Positions 28,797 through 38,516 of a DNA stretch of 64,000 bases are shown here, piece by piece. Numbering within the stretch: the stretch's first letter is position 1; each line of letters starts with the position of its first letter. Below the pieces are notes generated by a model. That model did no database searches, was not told the DNA's origin, and saw nothing but the letters and a program-made list of their open reading frames with translations. A program made the translations under genes and the position numbers. The DNA is taken from NCBI GenBank assembly GCA_965216875.1, contig OZ244207.1, forward strand, positions 2,112,001-2,176,000, written 5' to 3'. The stretch comes from Rubripirellula sp. GTDB taxonomy: Bacteria > Planctomycetota > Planctomycetia > Pirellulales > Pirellulaceae.

Positions 28797-29963
28797 TCAG
28801 GAACCGATCGGTTCAAGCGTTTCCCTTTCGACGTTTTCCACATAGCCGTGCGTTTGACAGAAATCTGCCCATTGGCGTTGGATGTTTTCGCGCTCTTCAT
28901 CGCTCAAGTCGTACCGATTGGTCTGATAACCCTTGGTTAACGACAGATACGATGCGATTCCGTCCCGCGCTTGCTCAAAGTCTTCTAAACTGAGCGTGTC
29001 GTAAACGCGTTTGACCTCGGCCATCGGATCGGCGACGAGGTTCTCGTAGTGCACGCAGCAGAATTGGTTTTCGCCCAACGTTGCTTGATCGCGTTGCACC
29101 AATCGATGCATCTCGTTGAACTCGTTAATCACAACCTCTTCGAGGCCTTGGTGCGTTGGTACCTGGAGCGATTGTGATTCGTGAATGACTTGCCACAAAC
29201 GCACGGTCGACGGAAAGACAACCATCGGGTCGCGAACGATGTACACAAACTTGGCGTTCGGGAAGAGTTCCGCCAGATGTTTGATCCGGCAAGTGTGTTG
29301 GGGAGACTTCAGGACGATGCGTTTGTTTCGTCGGAAAGTGATCGCCTGAAGGAATTGCCGAAACTGCCACTTCCACTGTGCGATCGTGGCATCGCTCTGG
29401 TGATCCAAATCGGGGCTGACCGAATCGTCCCAGTCTTTGTTCGGGAAAGCAAAGCGATGGAACCGCGACGGCATTCCTAAACAACACATCGCCGCCTCAT
29501 CTTCCTGGGGCCGATCCGTGCCTTGAAGCATTCGATCGGCGAGTCGCTGCTTGGGAAGAATCAGGTTCAACCAGCGTGCAAACCACCTCTCGGTCAGAAG
29601 GAAATGGTGCGGCGCAAAGCACTCGTACGTCGTCGGATAAGTGTGTCGCGGGTCGCTGCAGAGAAGTTCTTGAAGCAGGGTGGTGCCGCTTCGATAGTGG
29701 CCGATGACAAAAATGGGACCTTCGTTGACTGGGGTCTGTGCGATCTTGCGTCGATACAACAGCGACTGCAACGAGCCCATCACGGAGTTGTTGATGCTGA
29801 ACAGGGTCACCATCAACGCCATTGGCCAGCGCGACGGCGACACCCGATAGTTGCCCTTGCGCAAGAGCCCAAGCCAAGCACCAAAGTTCATCCCGTGCCA
29901 GAGTTTGGGCACAAGGAAACTTTCTTTTGAGTTGACGTCGACTTCGGTCTTAGGACGTTTCAT
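28797..29963 (-). CDS. PAPS-dependent sulfotransferase
   Basis: 5'-PSB loop IFVIGHYRSGTTLL, LKSPQH, 3'-PB YIVRDP..VFPS, HYENLVADP. Confidence 0.9.
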   Translation of the reverse strand: MKRPKTEVDVNSKESFLVPKLWHGMNFGAWLGLLRKGNYRVSPSRWPMALMVTLFSINNSVMGSLQSLLYRRKIAQTPVNEGPIFVIGHYRSGTTLLQELLCSDPRHTYPTTYECFAPHHFLLTERWFARWLNLILPKQRLADRMLQGTDRPQEDEAAMCCLGMPSRFHRFAFPNKDWDDSVSPDLDHQSDATIAQWKWQFRQFLQAITFRRNKRIVLKSPQHTCRIKHLAELFPNAKFVYIVRDPMVVFPSTVRLWQVIHESQSLQVPTHQGLEEVVINEFNEMHRLVQRDQATLGENQFCCVHYENLVADPMAEVKRVYDTLSLEDFEQARDGIASYLSLTKGYQTNRYDLSDEERENIQRQWADFCQTHGYVENVERETLEPIGS

Positions 29964-29979
29964 GGGACGTGGCTAGCAA

Positions 29980-32565
29980 TCAGGATGCGAGTGGGGCACG
30001 CGCATTTCCGTTGCGTTGCGAGACGGCAGAAGTATCCATCAACGCCTTCAGCTTTGCCGCGAGGGTCGAAACATGCGGTTGCTGCATCATGTTCAAGTGG
30101 CCGCCTGGGACTTCATGCAGCTCGATCGTTTCGCAAGATCGTTTCCAATCCTGGAACGGACTGTATTTGGTCTTGCCGATCTTTTGCTCGGCGACCAGCA
30201 AGTTCATCTGAGTTTGGATCGGCTTCGGTCGGTAGTCGACAGCCGCACGCATCGTCGACGCAAAAAGCCCCAACACGCGTTCGGTGTGTTCGCGGCTAGC
30301 GCCCTTGGTGATCAACATTGCGTCGGTCGCGCCTTTGCGAAACTCTTCGTAGTATTGATCTGCGTGTGATTCGTTGATTCGCGTCAACGCGAGGTTCGAG
30401 TTTGGAAAGACCTCGCGAAGCACGGCGATCGAATAGATCGGGCTGCCATCGATGACTGCGAGCAAGGCGACCTCGTCGCCAGAGCGTTCAAGCTGCGAAG
30501 CGATTTCATAGCTCACAATTGCGCCGAAGGACCAACCGGCGACCTGATAAGGGCCCTGTGGTTGGACCGTTTTCATTAGCCGGATGTACTCGCTTGCCAT
30601 TTCGACGACGCTGTCGAGTGGTGTCTCGTTTGGCTCGACGCCGGGTGCGCGAATCCCGTAAAGCGGTTGGTCACTGCCAAGTTCATCGGCAAGGGGCAGG
30701 TAGCAGACGACATTGCCGCCACCGGGATGGATGCAGAAGAGTGGTGTTCGATTACCGTTCGGCTGAATCGGAACGAGGCACGAGGTCTGTTCGGCCGCGC
30801 CACTGTCGACCAGTTTCGACAGCAGTCGCACCGTCGACGCCGCCAACAACTGACTGACTTCAATTTCGACTCCGAAGCGCTTCTTGACTCCGGTTGTCAG
30901 TTCCATCGCTTGCAACGAATCACCGCCTAGACTGAAGAAGGTTTCGTCGAGACCAACCCGCGGTTGATCCAGGATCTGACGAAACAGGGCAGCAACTTGG
31001 CTTTGAGTTTCCGTTTGGTAGACCTGATTGAACGCGGCGGGCGCGGCGTCGAAACGCTTGGTAGCCGGCTCGGTGATGCGTTCCGCAGAAAGAAGTTTGC
31101 GGTCGATCTTGCCGTTGAGCGTTCGGGGAATCGATTCTCTGGCGACGATCGTATGCGGAATCATGTACGGAGGCAGGCTCTCTGCCGCAAAGGCGCGGAG
31201 CTCGTCTTGCGCAGGGACTTTTCCGTTCGCGGGCACGACGAATCCGACGAGAGAGCGTTTGGTACTCGTGTCGTCGCGGACCACCACAACCGCCTCTTTC
31301 ACCAAGGGATGGCCGCCGATCACGTTCTCGACTTCCTCGACCTCGATGCGATGGCCACGGATCTTGACCTGCCCGTCGCGGCGGCCGAGAAAAATCAAAC
31401 TGCCATCGGGCAAGCGACGAGCGTAATCGCCCGTCCGGTACATCCGGCTCGGGCCTTCGCTGAAGGGGTCGTCGACAAATCGTTCGGCCGTCAACTGTGG
31501 CGCTGCGATGTAGCCCGCAGCGACGCCTGGGCCAGAGACGTAGATTTCACCTTCGTCTCCGTTGTGGACGGGCGAACCATCTTCTTGCAAAACGTGAATC
31601 GTTGCGCCGGGAATCGCTTTTCCGATCGGCACGCTCGCATGCTTGTCTTGCGCGAGCACACGGTGGACGGTACACCAGACCGATCCTTCGGTTGGACCGT
31701 ACTCGTTGTGCAACTGAGTTGTTGGGCAAAGTGAATGGTGTTTGCTCGCCAGACTCGATGTGCACGCTTCACCTGCAACCACCACCGTCTTGAGCGATTC
31801 AAGCTCGCTTGCATGATCGTCATCAAGCAGCAAATTCCAAAGCGATGGAATGCAAAGCAGGTGGCTCACCTTCTCGTCGCGAATCATCCGCCGAAGTGCG
31901 TGGATGTCCTGCCTCGCCTGAGCGTCGGCCAAGCAAAGCGTCCCGCCACAAGTGAGCGTCCAATAGATTCCGGCCACTGAACTATCAAAAGTGAGCGGCG
32001 AGACCAGCAGGAAGGTTTCCACCGGAGCTTGGTAATACTCGTGACGCGCCCACGTCGAGAATCGAAGGTTCTCACGAGTGACGGCGACTCCTTTGGGAGT
32101 TCCCGTCGATCCCGATGTGTAAATCACATACGCCAAGTCGCTTGGGCGAGGATCGCAACTTGGCGGCGAAAGAGCGGCTGCGTTGCATGTGAGGTCGACC
32201 ACGACACTGTGGATGCCTTGGATGCGTTCATCACCGATCTTTGACGATTGAACCACCGCCTTGCAGCCGGTCTGTGCAACCATCAGAGCGAGTCGATCCG
32301 CGGGGAGCGCTGGGGAAATCGGGACGTAATGTGCCCCACATCGAAGTGCCGCCAGGAATCCGACGATCGCCTCGAGAGGGCGTGCGGTGTCGACTGCGAC
32401 GCAATCACCACAAGAGATGCCCGACTCGGTCATGAGTCCCGCGACTCTTTCAACCAACTGGGCCAATCGGGCGTAGGTGAGCTCTTCGTGCGCGGTCTTG
32501 AGCGCAACGCGTTCAGGGGTCTCACGACATTGGTCGAGAACCCATTTGCCAATGTCCGCTTTCAT
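29980..32565 (-). CDS. stand-alone NRPS-like enzyme (A-PCP-TE)
   Basis: A3 YVIYTSGSTGTPKG, A4 FDSS, A5 NEYGPTE, A7 YRTGD, A8 GRRDGQVKIRGHRIE, A10 NGKIDR; PCP FFSLGGDSL; TE GWSFG and GGH; no condensation domain. Confidence 0.93.
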   Translation of the reverse strand: MKADIGKWVLDQCRETPERVALKTAHEELTYARLAQLVERVAGLMTESGISCGDCVAVDTARPLEAIVGFLAALRCGAHYVPISPALPADRLALMVAQTGCKAVVQSSKIGDERIQGIHSVVVDLTCNAAALSPPSCDPRPSDLAYVIYTSGSTGTPKGVAVTRENLRFSTWARHEYYQAPVETFLLVSPLTFDSSVAGIYWTLTCGGTLCLADAQARQDIHALRRMIRDEKVSHLLCIPSLWNLLLDDDHASELESLKTVVVAGEACTSSLASKHHSLCPTTQLHNEYGPTEGSVWCTVHRVLAQDKHASVPIGKAIPGATIHVLQEDGSPVHNGDEGEIYVSGPGVAAGYIAAPQLTAERFVDDPFSEGPSRMYRTGDYARRLPDGSLIFLGRRDGQVKIRGHRIEVEEVENVIGGHPLVKEAVVVVRDDTSTKRSLVGFVVPANGKVPAQDELRAFAAESLPPYMIPHTIVARESIPRTLNGKIDRKLLSAERITEPATKRFDAAPAAFNQVYQTETQSQVAALFRQILDQPRVGLDETFFSLGGDSLQAMELTTGVKKRFGVEIEVSQLLAASTVRLLSKLVDSGAAEQTSCLVPIQPNGNRTPLFCIHPGGGNVVCYLPLADELGSDQPLYGIRAPGVEPNETPLDSVVEMASEYIRLMKTVQPQGPYQVAGWSFGAIVSYEIASQLERSGDEVALLAVIDGSPIYSIAVLREVFPNSNLALTRINESHADQYYEEFRKGATDAMLITKGASREHTERVLGLFASTMRAAVDYRPKPIQTQMNLLVAEQKIGKTKYSPFQDWKRSCETIELHEVPGGHLNMMQQPHVSTLAAKLKALMDTSAVSQRNGNARAPLAS

Positions 32566-32904
32566 ATGCCTGCGGAGTAACGAATCAATGCGGTTGTGTT
32601 AAGAAAATGCCAAACAGGCAGAATAGACAAGGTGGGGCAAATAGCAAACGCGATAGGGTGGAATGTCTCTCTCACTCGGCCAAAAAACGACATCACCTGC
32701 CATCGCGACCGTGATCAGAGAGTGCTAGCGGGGTGGAGAATGCCAACCTTCCACTATTTGGCGTCGGGTAGTGACGATCCGGTTCGTCAACAGAATCCAC
32801 CGCAGCCTCTGCGGAGGGGGTGACTTGTTGTTCACGCCAATCAAGCAAAACGTTGCACCCGATTGGGGGCACGTTTACACTTCGGCGGGGGTGGAGATCG
32901 ATGA

Positions 32905-35670
32905 ATGACGAAGCGTCGATGGGCGGGGAAACTAATGAAGACAAAGAGCAAGCAGCGTTGCCGACGTAGATTACGAACGAGGTTTGAGCGTCTCGAAACG
33001 CGCTGGCTTCTGTCCGCTGATCTCGGCCATGACGACCACGATCATGATCACGATGATGATGACCATCATGACGACGAGCCGGCGATCGAAACCGAGGGCG
33101 GTGGTTTCGTCGACCACCATGCCCACGAAGAGCTTCCCGACTTTTTGGTACCGGAAACCAGCGGCGGCGGCGACATCGCGACGGTGCATCCACAGAGTGT
33201 CGGTGAGGTTGGAACCAACGGAGTGAGCGCCAACCTTTGGGTGACCGATGCCTATGTCCGCAACGGTCTCGGCAATGAAATCGCGTCACCCTTTACCGGT
33301 CAGATGGTTGCGATTCAATTGCACTACCAAACGCGCGACCTGCCGTTTGGTTCTTCCTACACCGTCCACTACACCGTCAACGGTGTGACGCTCAACAACG
33401 GCACGCAAACACTGGGCGCCGGCCGCGGTCTTTCTTCGTGGTATTGGTGGCGCGGTGGTTGGTACGCATCACCGGGTACGCACACGGTCGAAATCCATAT
33501 CGACCCCTTCAATCAAGTGGTCGAGTCGGATGAAACAGACAACATCATCTCATTTGAGTTTACGACCGAGACTGCGACCAGTTTTCCGCAGCCATTGATT
33601 TGGCCGGTCGAAGGCAACCCGCAAGAGCTCACCGCGTTCACCAACTACGTCGATGTCAATCCGCTAAGCGGCGTGACTGATTTCAATGGTGGTTCCTTTT
33701 CCTACAACGGCCACAACGCATGGGACTTTGGGCCTGGTAACTTTTATGCTCAGGACCAAGGGATCGAGATTTACGCTGCTGCCGATGGAACCGTCACCGC
33801 GACGCATGACGGCGAGTTCGACCGTCAAGTGGAATGGCTCTCGCCGGCACCGCAGGCAAACTACGTGATCCTTGATCATGGTGGCGGTTGGACGACGATT
33901 TACTGGCACCTTCGCCGAGACTCGGTGCGAGTCAATGTGGGCGACGTGGTACAGGCTGGCGACATCCTGGGCTACATGGGCAGTTCCGGAATCTCGTCTG
34001 GCTCGCACATCCACTATGGATTGCGTCACCACGGTTTTACGATTGAACCGATGTACGACATTGAGACCTATCTTGATCCGTCGCTCGCGGACATTGGGTA
34101 TCCAGGCGACGTCAAGACGAAGATGCACAGCGGTGTGACCAACTACACACCCAACTCACATATCCGTGAGCGTCCTTCGGACATCGAAGTCTTTCCACAA
34201 ACGTCCGGTCAAGTTGCCTACGTTTGGGGATACTTCGCAGGTTTGCAGGTCGGCGACTTGCTGCAGTACGTTTGGAAACGACCCGACGGATCTGTCTTCA
34301 CAACGACCGGTCGAACGATGACGACGACTTACAGCCAGTCCTGGTGGTGGTGGTCACGCAATATCGGAACGCAGCCGCAGGCGGGAGAATGGACAATCGA
34401 GTTTTTCGTCGACGGCAACCTGCTCGGGACGGACAGCTTTGAAGTGGTTCCGGGAGGAGCACCGGAACTGAGGATCGAGTCCGAAGGCAACATCGTGATT
34501 GATGAACGATTCACGCCTATCGACCTCGGCGAGATCGAGCAGTTCGGCGGCCAAGCGTTTCAGACCTTCACGGTTCGCAATCACGGTCACGCTCCTGCGA
34601 ACATCGAGTCTTTGGAGGTCCCCCGGGGATTCAGCATTGCTGACGGTTTGGCGTCGACCATCGGTCCAGGCCAGTCCGATTCCTTCACTCTGATGCTTGA
34701 CGCTAGTGAAGCAGGCTACTTTGGCGGCGAAGTGCGCATCCAAACCGACGATGCCGATGAAGATCCCTACAACTTCTCGGTCGAAGGGATCGTTACGCCA
34801 GGTCCTGGCGCACAAAAACTCTACCTAGGAATCTCGGAACGCAAAACGCTTGAAGGCACCGAGATCGTTGGCAATGTCATCCGATCGGACACCGGCGCTG
34901 GTTTGGGGGCACCGCTTGTCGTGACCCTGACCTCAGGTGACACGACCGAGCTGACCGTGCCCGCGACGGTGACAATCCCTGCGGGTCAAACGCGAGCGAT
35001 CTACATGATCACGGCACTCGACGACGAAGAAAGCGACGGTGATCAACTTGTTGAGGTCATGGCGACATCACCATCAACCGCTCCGGCCTACAACGAACTG
35101 ATGGTGGTCGATCCGCCATCAGCACCTGTTGTCGCATCGGTGATCATCAATGGCGGTGACGAGCAACGCTCCACCCTCGAACAGTTGCGCGTTGTGTTCG
35201 ACAAGATCGTCGAAATTGATGATCAAACAGGTCAGCCCTTCGCGATCTCGAATCTCGATACACTTGCCAACGTTGACCACGACACCACGGTGTCCGAGGT
35301 CGATGGTCAAACCGTGGTCGACTTCCTGTTCACCTCACAAACCAACGGTTCGGGCTCGCTCGTTGATGGCGACTACCTGCTGCAGATCGATGGCAACTCG
35401 ATTTCCGCCGACGGCATCGCACTTGATGGCGATGGCGATGACACCCCTGGCGGGACCCATGAGTTTGGACGCGTCGAGGCCGACAACTTTTTTAGAATGT
35501 TCGGCGATGGCAACGGCAATGGACGGGTCGAGTTATTCGACTTCGCTGCCTTCCGGTCAACCTACAGTCTCGTCGATGGTGACGCGGGCTACCTGGGGCA
35601 TTTTGATTCCAACGCAAACGACCGCATCGAACTGTTTGACTTTGCCGCCTTCCGAAACAACTTCGGATAA
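32905..35670 (+). CDS. secreted multidomain M23 metallopeptidase with planctomycete export signal and dockerin-like C-terminus
   Basis: RRRLRTRFERLETRWLL signal, His/Asp tract, CARDB-like ESDETDN, M23 motifs HNAWD, YWHL and HIHY, Ig-like domains, paired DxNxxxRxELFDFAAFR repeats. Confidence 0.85.
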   Translation: MTKRRWAGKLMKTKSKQRCRRRLRTRFERLETRWLLSADLGHDDHDHDHDDDDHHDDEPAIETEGGGFVDHHAHEELPDFLVPETSGGGDIATVHPQSVGEVGTNGVSANLWVTDAYVRNGLGNEIASPFTGQMVAIQLHYQTRDLPFGSSYTVHYTVNGVTLNNGTQTLGAGRGLSSWYWWRGGWYASPGTHTVEIHIDPFNQVVESDETDNIISFEFTTETATSFPQPLIWPVEGNPQELTAFTNYVDVNPLSGVTDFNGGSFSYNGHNAWDFGPGNFYAQDQGIEIYAAADGTVTATHDGEFDRQVEWLSPAPQANYVILDHGGGWTTIYWHLRRDSVRVNVGDVVQAGDILGYMGSSGISSGSHIHYGLRHHGFTIEPMYDIETYLDPSLADIGYPGDVKTKMHSGVTNYTPNSHIRERPSDIEVFPQTSGQVAYVWGYFAGLQVGDLLQYVWKRPDGSVFTTTGRTMTTTYSQSWWWWSRNIGTQPQAGEWTIEFFVDGNLLGTDSFEVVPGGAPELRIESEGNIVIDERFTPIDLGEIEQFGGQAFQTFTVRNHGHAPANIESLEVPRGFSIADGLASTIGPGQSDSFTLMLDASEAGYFGGEVRIQTDDADEDPYNFSVEGIVTPGPGAQKLYLGISERKTLEGTEIVGNVIRSDTGAGLGAPLVVTLTSGDTTELTVPATVTIPAGQTRAIYMITALDDEESDGDQLVEVMATSPSTAPAYNELMVVDPPSAPVVASVIINGGDEQRSTLEQLRVVFDKIVEIDDQTGQPFAISNLDTLANVDHDTTVSEVDGQTVVDFLFTSQTNGSGSLVDGDYLLQIDGNSISADGIALDGDGDDTPGGTHEFGRVEADNFFRMFGDGNGNGRVELFDFAAFRSTYSLVDGDAGYLGHFDSNANDRIELFDFAAFRNNFG

Positions 35671-35687
35671 GCACTCGCTTCAATCCC

Positions 35688-35711
35688 GTAGCTACCGTCG
35701 CCAGACGGTGG
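35688..35711. repeat. GTAG-type REP-like palindrome
   Basis: GTAGCTACCGTCGCCAGACGGTGG, with stem ACCGTC/GACGGT. Confidence 0.55.
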
Positions 35712-35747
35712 TGAGTCTTACGCTCGCTTTCACGAACGTTCACACCA

Positions 35748-36083
35748 CTAAGGCGCCCAATCGGGCATCGGGTTGCTTGCGACATAGCTTGTCGAGTCGG
35801 TTGCTTCCTCGGCGTCATCGCTCGAGGCTTCGAGGATTCCCAATCCAAGGAGTGCGACGCCCATCAATGCGTACTGCGTCGTCTTCCATGCAACATTCCG
35901 AACCTTCTCACCAGCAGTCGGTTTGATGTCTTTCGGATTGACGCTGCCGAGTTGGGGCTGGTTAGGAAGGAGCGCGTCGTAGCGTTTTCGGTGCATGCGG
36001 CAACCGGGACAGACCGCCAGCAGAAACACCATCACCACGATTAGATGAGTCGCTCGAGTTTCACAGCGGGGCATCGCATTCAC
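35748..36083 (-). CDS. hypothetical lipoprotein-like small protein
   Basis: Hydrophobic stretch ending AVCPGC and a second hydrophobic segment; 111 aa. Confidence 0.55.
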   Translation of the reverse strand: MNAMPRCETRATHLIVVMVFLLAVCPGCRMHRKRYDALLPNQPQLGSVNPKDIKPTAGEKVRNVAWKTTQYALMGVALLGLGILEASSDDAEEATDSTSYVASNPMPDWAP

Positions 36084-36309
36084 CCAACGAGAGTTTGCCA
36101 GTTCACCGATACCATCCCGTTAGCATGGCTTGTCTGCTCGCGTCAATGCCGCGGAGGCTCGATTGGCAAATTCCTGCGAAGCGGGATGCAAAAGTGCCCT
36201 GACAGCTACCAAATCGCATCAAACCGTGACATCATAGGAGCGATCCCCAGATGTCTTCTCGATCGGTTCTGCTGATGCGTCTGGAACATGACTCGCGGAG
36301 TTTTCGGTT

Positions 36310-38382
36310 GTGGCGGTGAACGATTGGGCTTGGTTGCCAACACCTCGTGGAAAGATTCTGGCAACCGCTCGCGAGGCGCTCGAGGAGCGGTTTGTCTATT
36401 GTGATGAAATCGCCGATTTGATTTCGGCTGCATTCTACGAGCCGTGCAATCTTTTGCTCTGGGGCCCGGGCGGTCATGGCAAATCCGAAATGGTCATCGC
36501 TGCGGTCAAGGCTCTCGGGATAGGCGAAGATGAGATCTTTGTGCAGTCCTTTGGCGAAGGGATGAGTGAAGATCGCTTGTGGGGCGGGCCCGACATGGCC
36601 TCGCTTGACACCTGTTTGAGATACGACACCTCTCGTTCGTTCTTGGCGCCGCAATACAAGGTGGTGATCTTTGAAGAACTCTTCGATGCGCCCGCTCAAT
36701 CGTTGTTGCCTCTGAAGGATGTCCTCACCCGTCGCATGTTCATGAATGGACCAGACCGGGTACCGCTTGCCGCAAAAGTCGTGATCGCCTGCACGAATAA
36801 GGATCCTCGCGAGTTTGGCGAAGGGAGCGATGCAGTTCTCGCTTTGATGGAACGCTTCCTGCTTCAAAAGGAAGTTCGCTGGCCTGCGTACGAACAAAAG
36901 AACTACACCGAGTTGTTTGCCAAGGTGAGGCCAGCCTCAAGCAAAGCGGGACGTCAGCTACACAAGCATCTCGCGACCGTGATCGCCGGACTGAACGAAC
37001 ATAAATCGTTCATCATGTCGCCAAGAATGGCGCTCCAGTCACTCGAAGTGGTCAGCAATTGCGCTCGCATTCGCGGCGACCACCGAATCACACCGGACGC
37101 CTTTCAGTCCATCCGCTTCGTTCAAGGGATGCAATCCTACACGGCGGAATTGTCACGCAAGATTGAGCGTCAACTGCCAGACGACGAAGATTTCTTCATT
37201 CAACTCGAAGAAAGTGACTTTGCGTCGACCGATGAAGGGCCGTTGAAGGTACCTCGCAGTAGCATCCCGAAGAAAACCGCCTCCGTTTTGAAATCTCGCT
37301 TCATCCACTGCAGCGAGATTTCTCAAGTGCTCACCCATGCGTTCTATCAGCCATGCAACGTCTTGCTTTGGGGCCCTGGCGGGCATGGCAAATCGGAAAT
37401 GGTGATGACGGCCCTGCGAAATCTGGGCTATCAAGAGGAAGAAATCTTCCTGCAATCCTTTGGCGAAGGGATGAGCGAAGATCGCCTATGGGGAGGCCCG
37501 AACATCGCAAAGCTCGACGAATGCCTCGAGTACGACACCGATCGTTCTTTCTTGCCGTACGAAGTCGTGGTACTGGAAGAAATCCTCGATGCCTCGTCGC
37601 AGGCGCTGCTGCCGCTTAAGGACGTGCTGACGCGGCGCAGCTTCATGAACGGTGACAAGACGGTCCCCCTGCAATCGAAAGTGATCGTTGCGTGCACCAA
37701 CAAGGACCCACGCCAGTTCGCCAAGGACAGTGATGCGGTCAAAGCCCTTCTGGAGCGGTTTCCGCTGCAATTGGAAGTACGTTGGCCTTCCTATGAACAG
37801 GCCGACTACGAAAAACTGTTCAAAAAGGTGAATCCCGAAGCCAACTCGCATAAACGCAAACTGCACCGCATCTACGCTCACGTCTTGGCTTGCCTCAATG
37901 ACGATCGCGAGGCCGGATTTAAAGTTTCTCCTCGAATCGCACTTGGCGGATTGCGTTTGGCCGGCAACAGCGTTGGTCGCCATGGGCGCAAGAAAATGAT
38001 CGTCGAGGACATTTTGACCATTCGCAACGTCCAAGGAATGGAGTCCTATAAACGCGATATCGAAGCGCTCATTCGCGACGCTCTCCTCGAAGGCGGTGTT
38101 GAGGTCTTACTGAGCGATATCGACGAACGGGCCGAAGCGTTGCGGGGCAAGATGGATTCGATCAACAAGATCTTTGAATCAGCACGCGATCTCGATGAAG
38201 AATCGAGGGGCGAAGTGAACGACGAAGCCATTTCAAAGATGCTCGACCTGATGAGCAGTATGGATGCGCTCAAACACGAACTGACTTACCTGCAAGTTTC
38301 CGATCCAAAATTGATCCAATGGCAACAAGCTTCAGAGGCTCGGGTGCAGGAACTCTCGGCCGAAATCGAAGCGGGCACATAG
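36310..38382 (+). CDS. tandem-duplicated RavA/MoxR-like AAA+ ATPase
   Basis: Two copies of LLWGPGGHGKSEMV, QSFGEGMSEDRLWGGP, hhhhEE, LLPLKDVLTRR, ACTNKDPR and ERF; C-terminal coiled-coil-like tail. Confidence 0.85.
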   Translation: MAVNDWAWLPTPRGKILATAREALEERFVYCDEIADLISAAFYEPCNLLLWGPGGHGKSEMVIAAVKALGIGEDEIFVQSFGEGMSEDRLWGGPDMASLDTCLRYDTSRSFLAPQYKVVIFEELFDAPAQSLLPLKDVLTRRMFMNGPDRVPLAAKVVIACTNKDPREFGEGSDAVLALMERFLLQKEVRWPAYEQKNYTELFAKVRPASSKAGRQLHKHLATVIAGLNEHKSFIMSPRMALQSLEVVSNCARIRGDHRITPDAFQSIRFVQGMQSYTAELSRKIERQLPDDEDFFIQLEESDFASTDEGPLKVPRSSIPKKTASVLKSRFIHCSEISQVLTHAFYQPCNVLLWGPGGHGKSEMVMTALRNLGYQEEEIFLQSFGEGMSEDRLWGGPNIAKLDECLEYDTDRSFLPYEVVVLEEILDASSQALLPLKDVLTRRSFMNGDKTVPLQSKVIVACTNKDPRQFAKDSDAVKALLERFPLQLEVRWPSYEQADYEKLFKKVNPEANSHKRKLHRIYAHVLACLNDDREAGFKVSPRIALGGLRLAGNSVGRHGRKKMIVEDILTIRNVQGMESYKRDIEALIRDALLEGGVEVLLSDIDERAEALRGKMDSINKIFESARDLDEESRGEVNDEAISKMLDLMSSMDALKHELTYLQVSDPKLIQWQQASEARVQELSAEIEAGT

Positions 38383-38516
38383 CAGGCTCAACAACCAGAT
38401 GCCGCTAGGGCTCTTGTGCGGGCCGCGCATTCCATTGATGATTGATGCCCCACCTTACTTAAAAAGACTTTGCACACTTGCGAAGTCGCCGTTTGCCCTC
38501 GCACGCAAAATGGATC

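Noticed and set aside
36163..36178. Sigma-54-like TTGGCA...TGC upstream of the double AAA gene
   Set aside because: GG-to-GC spacing is 9 nt rather than the required 10.
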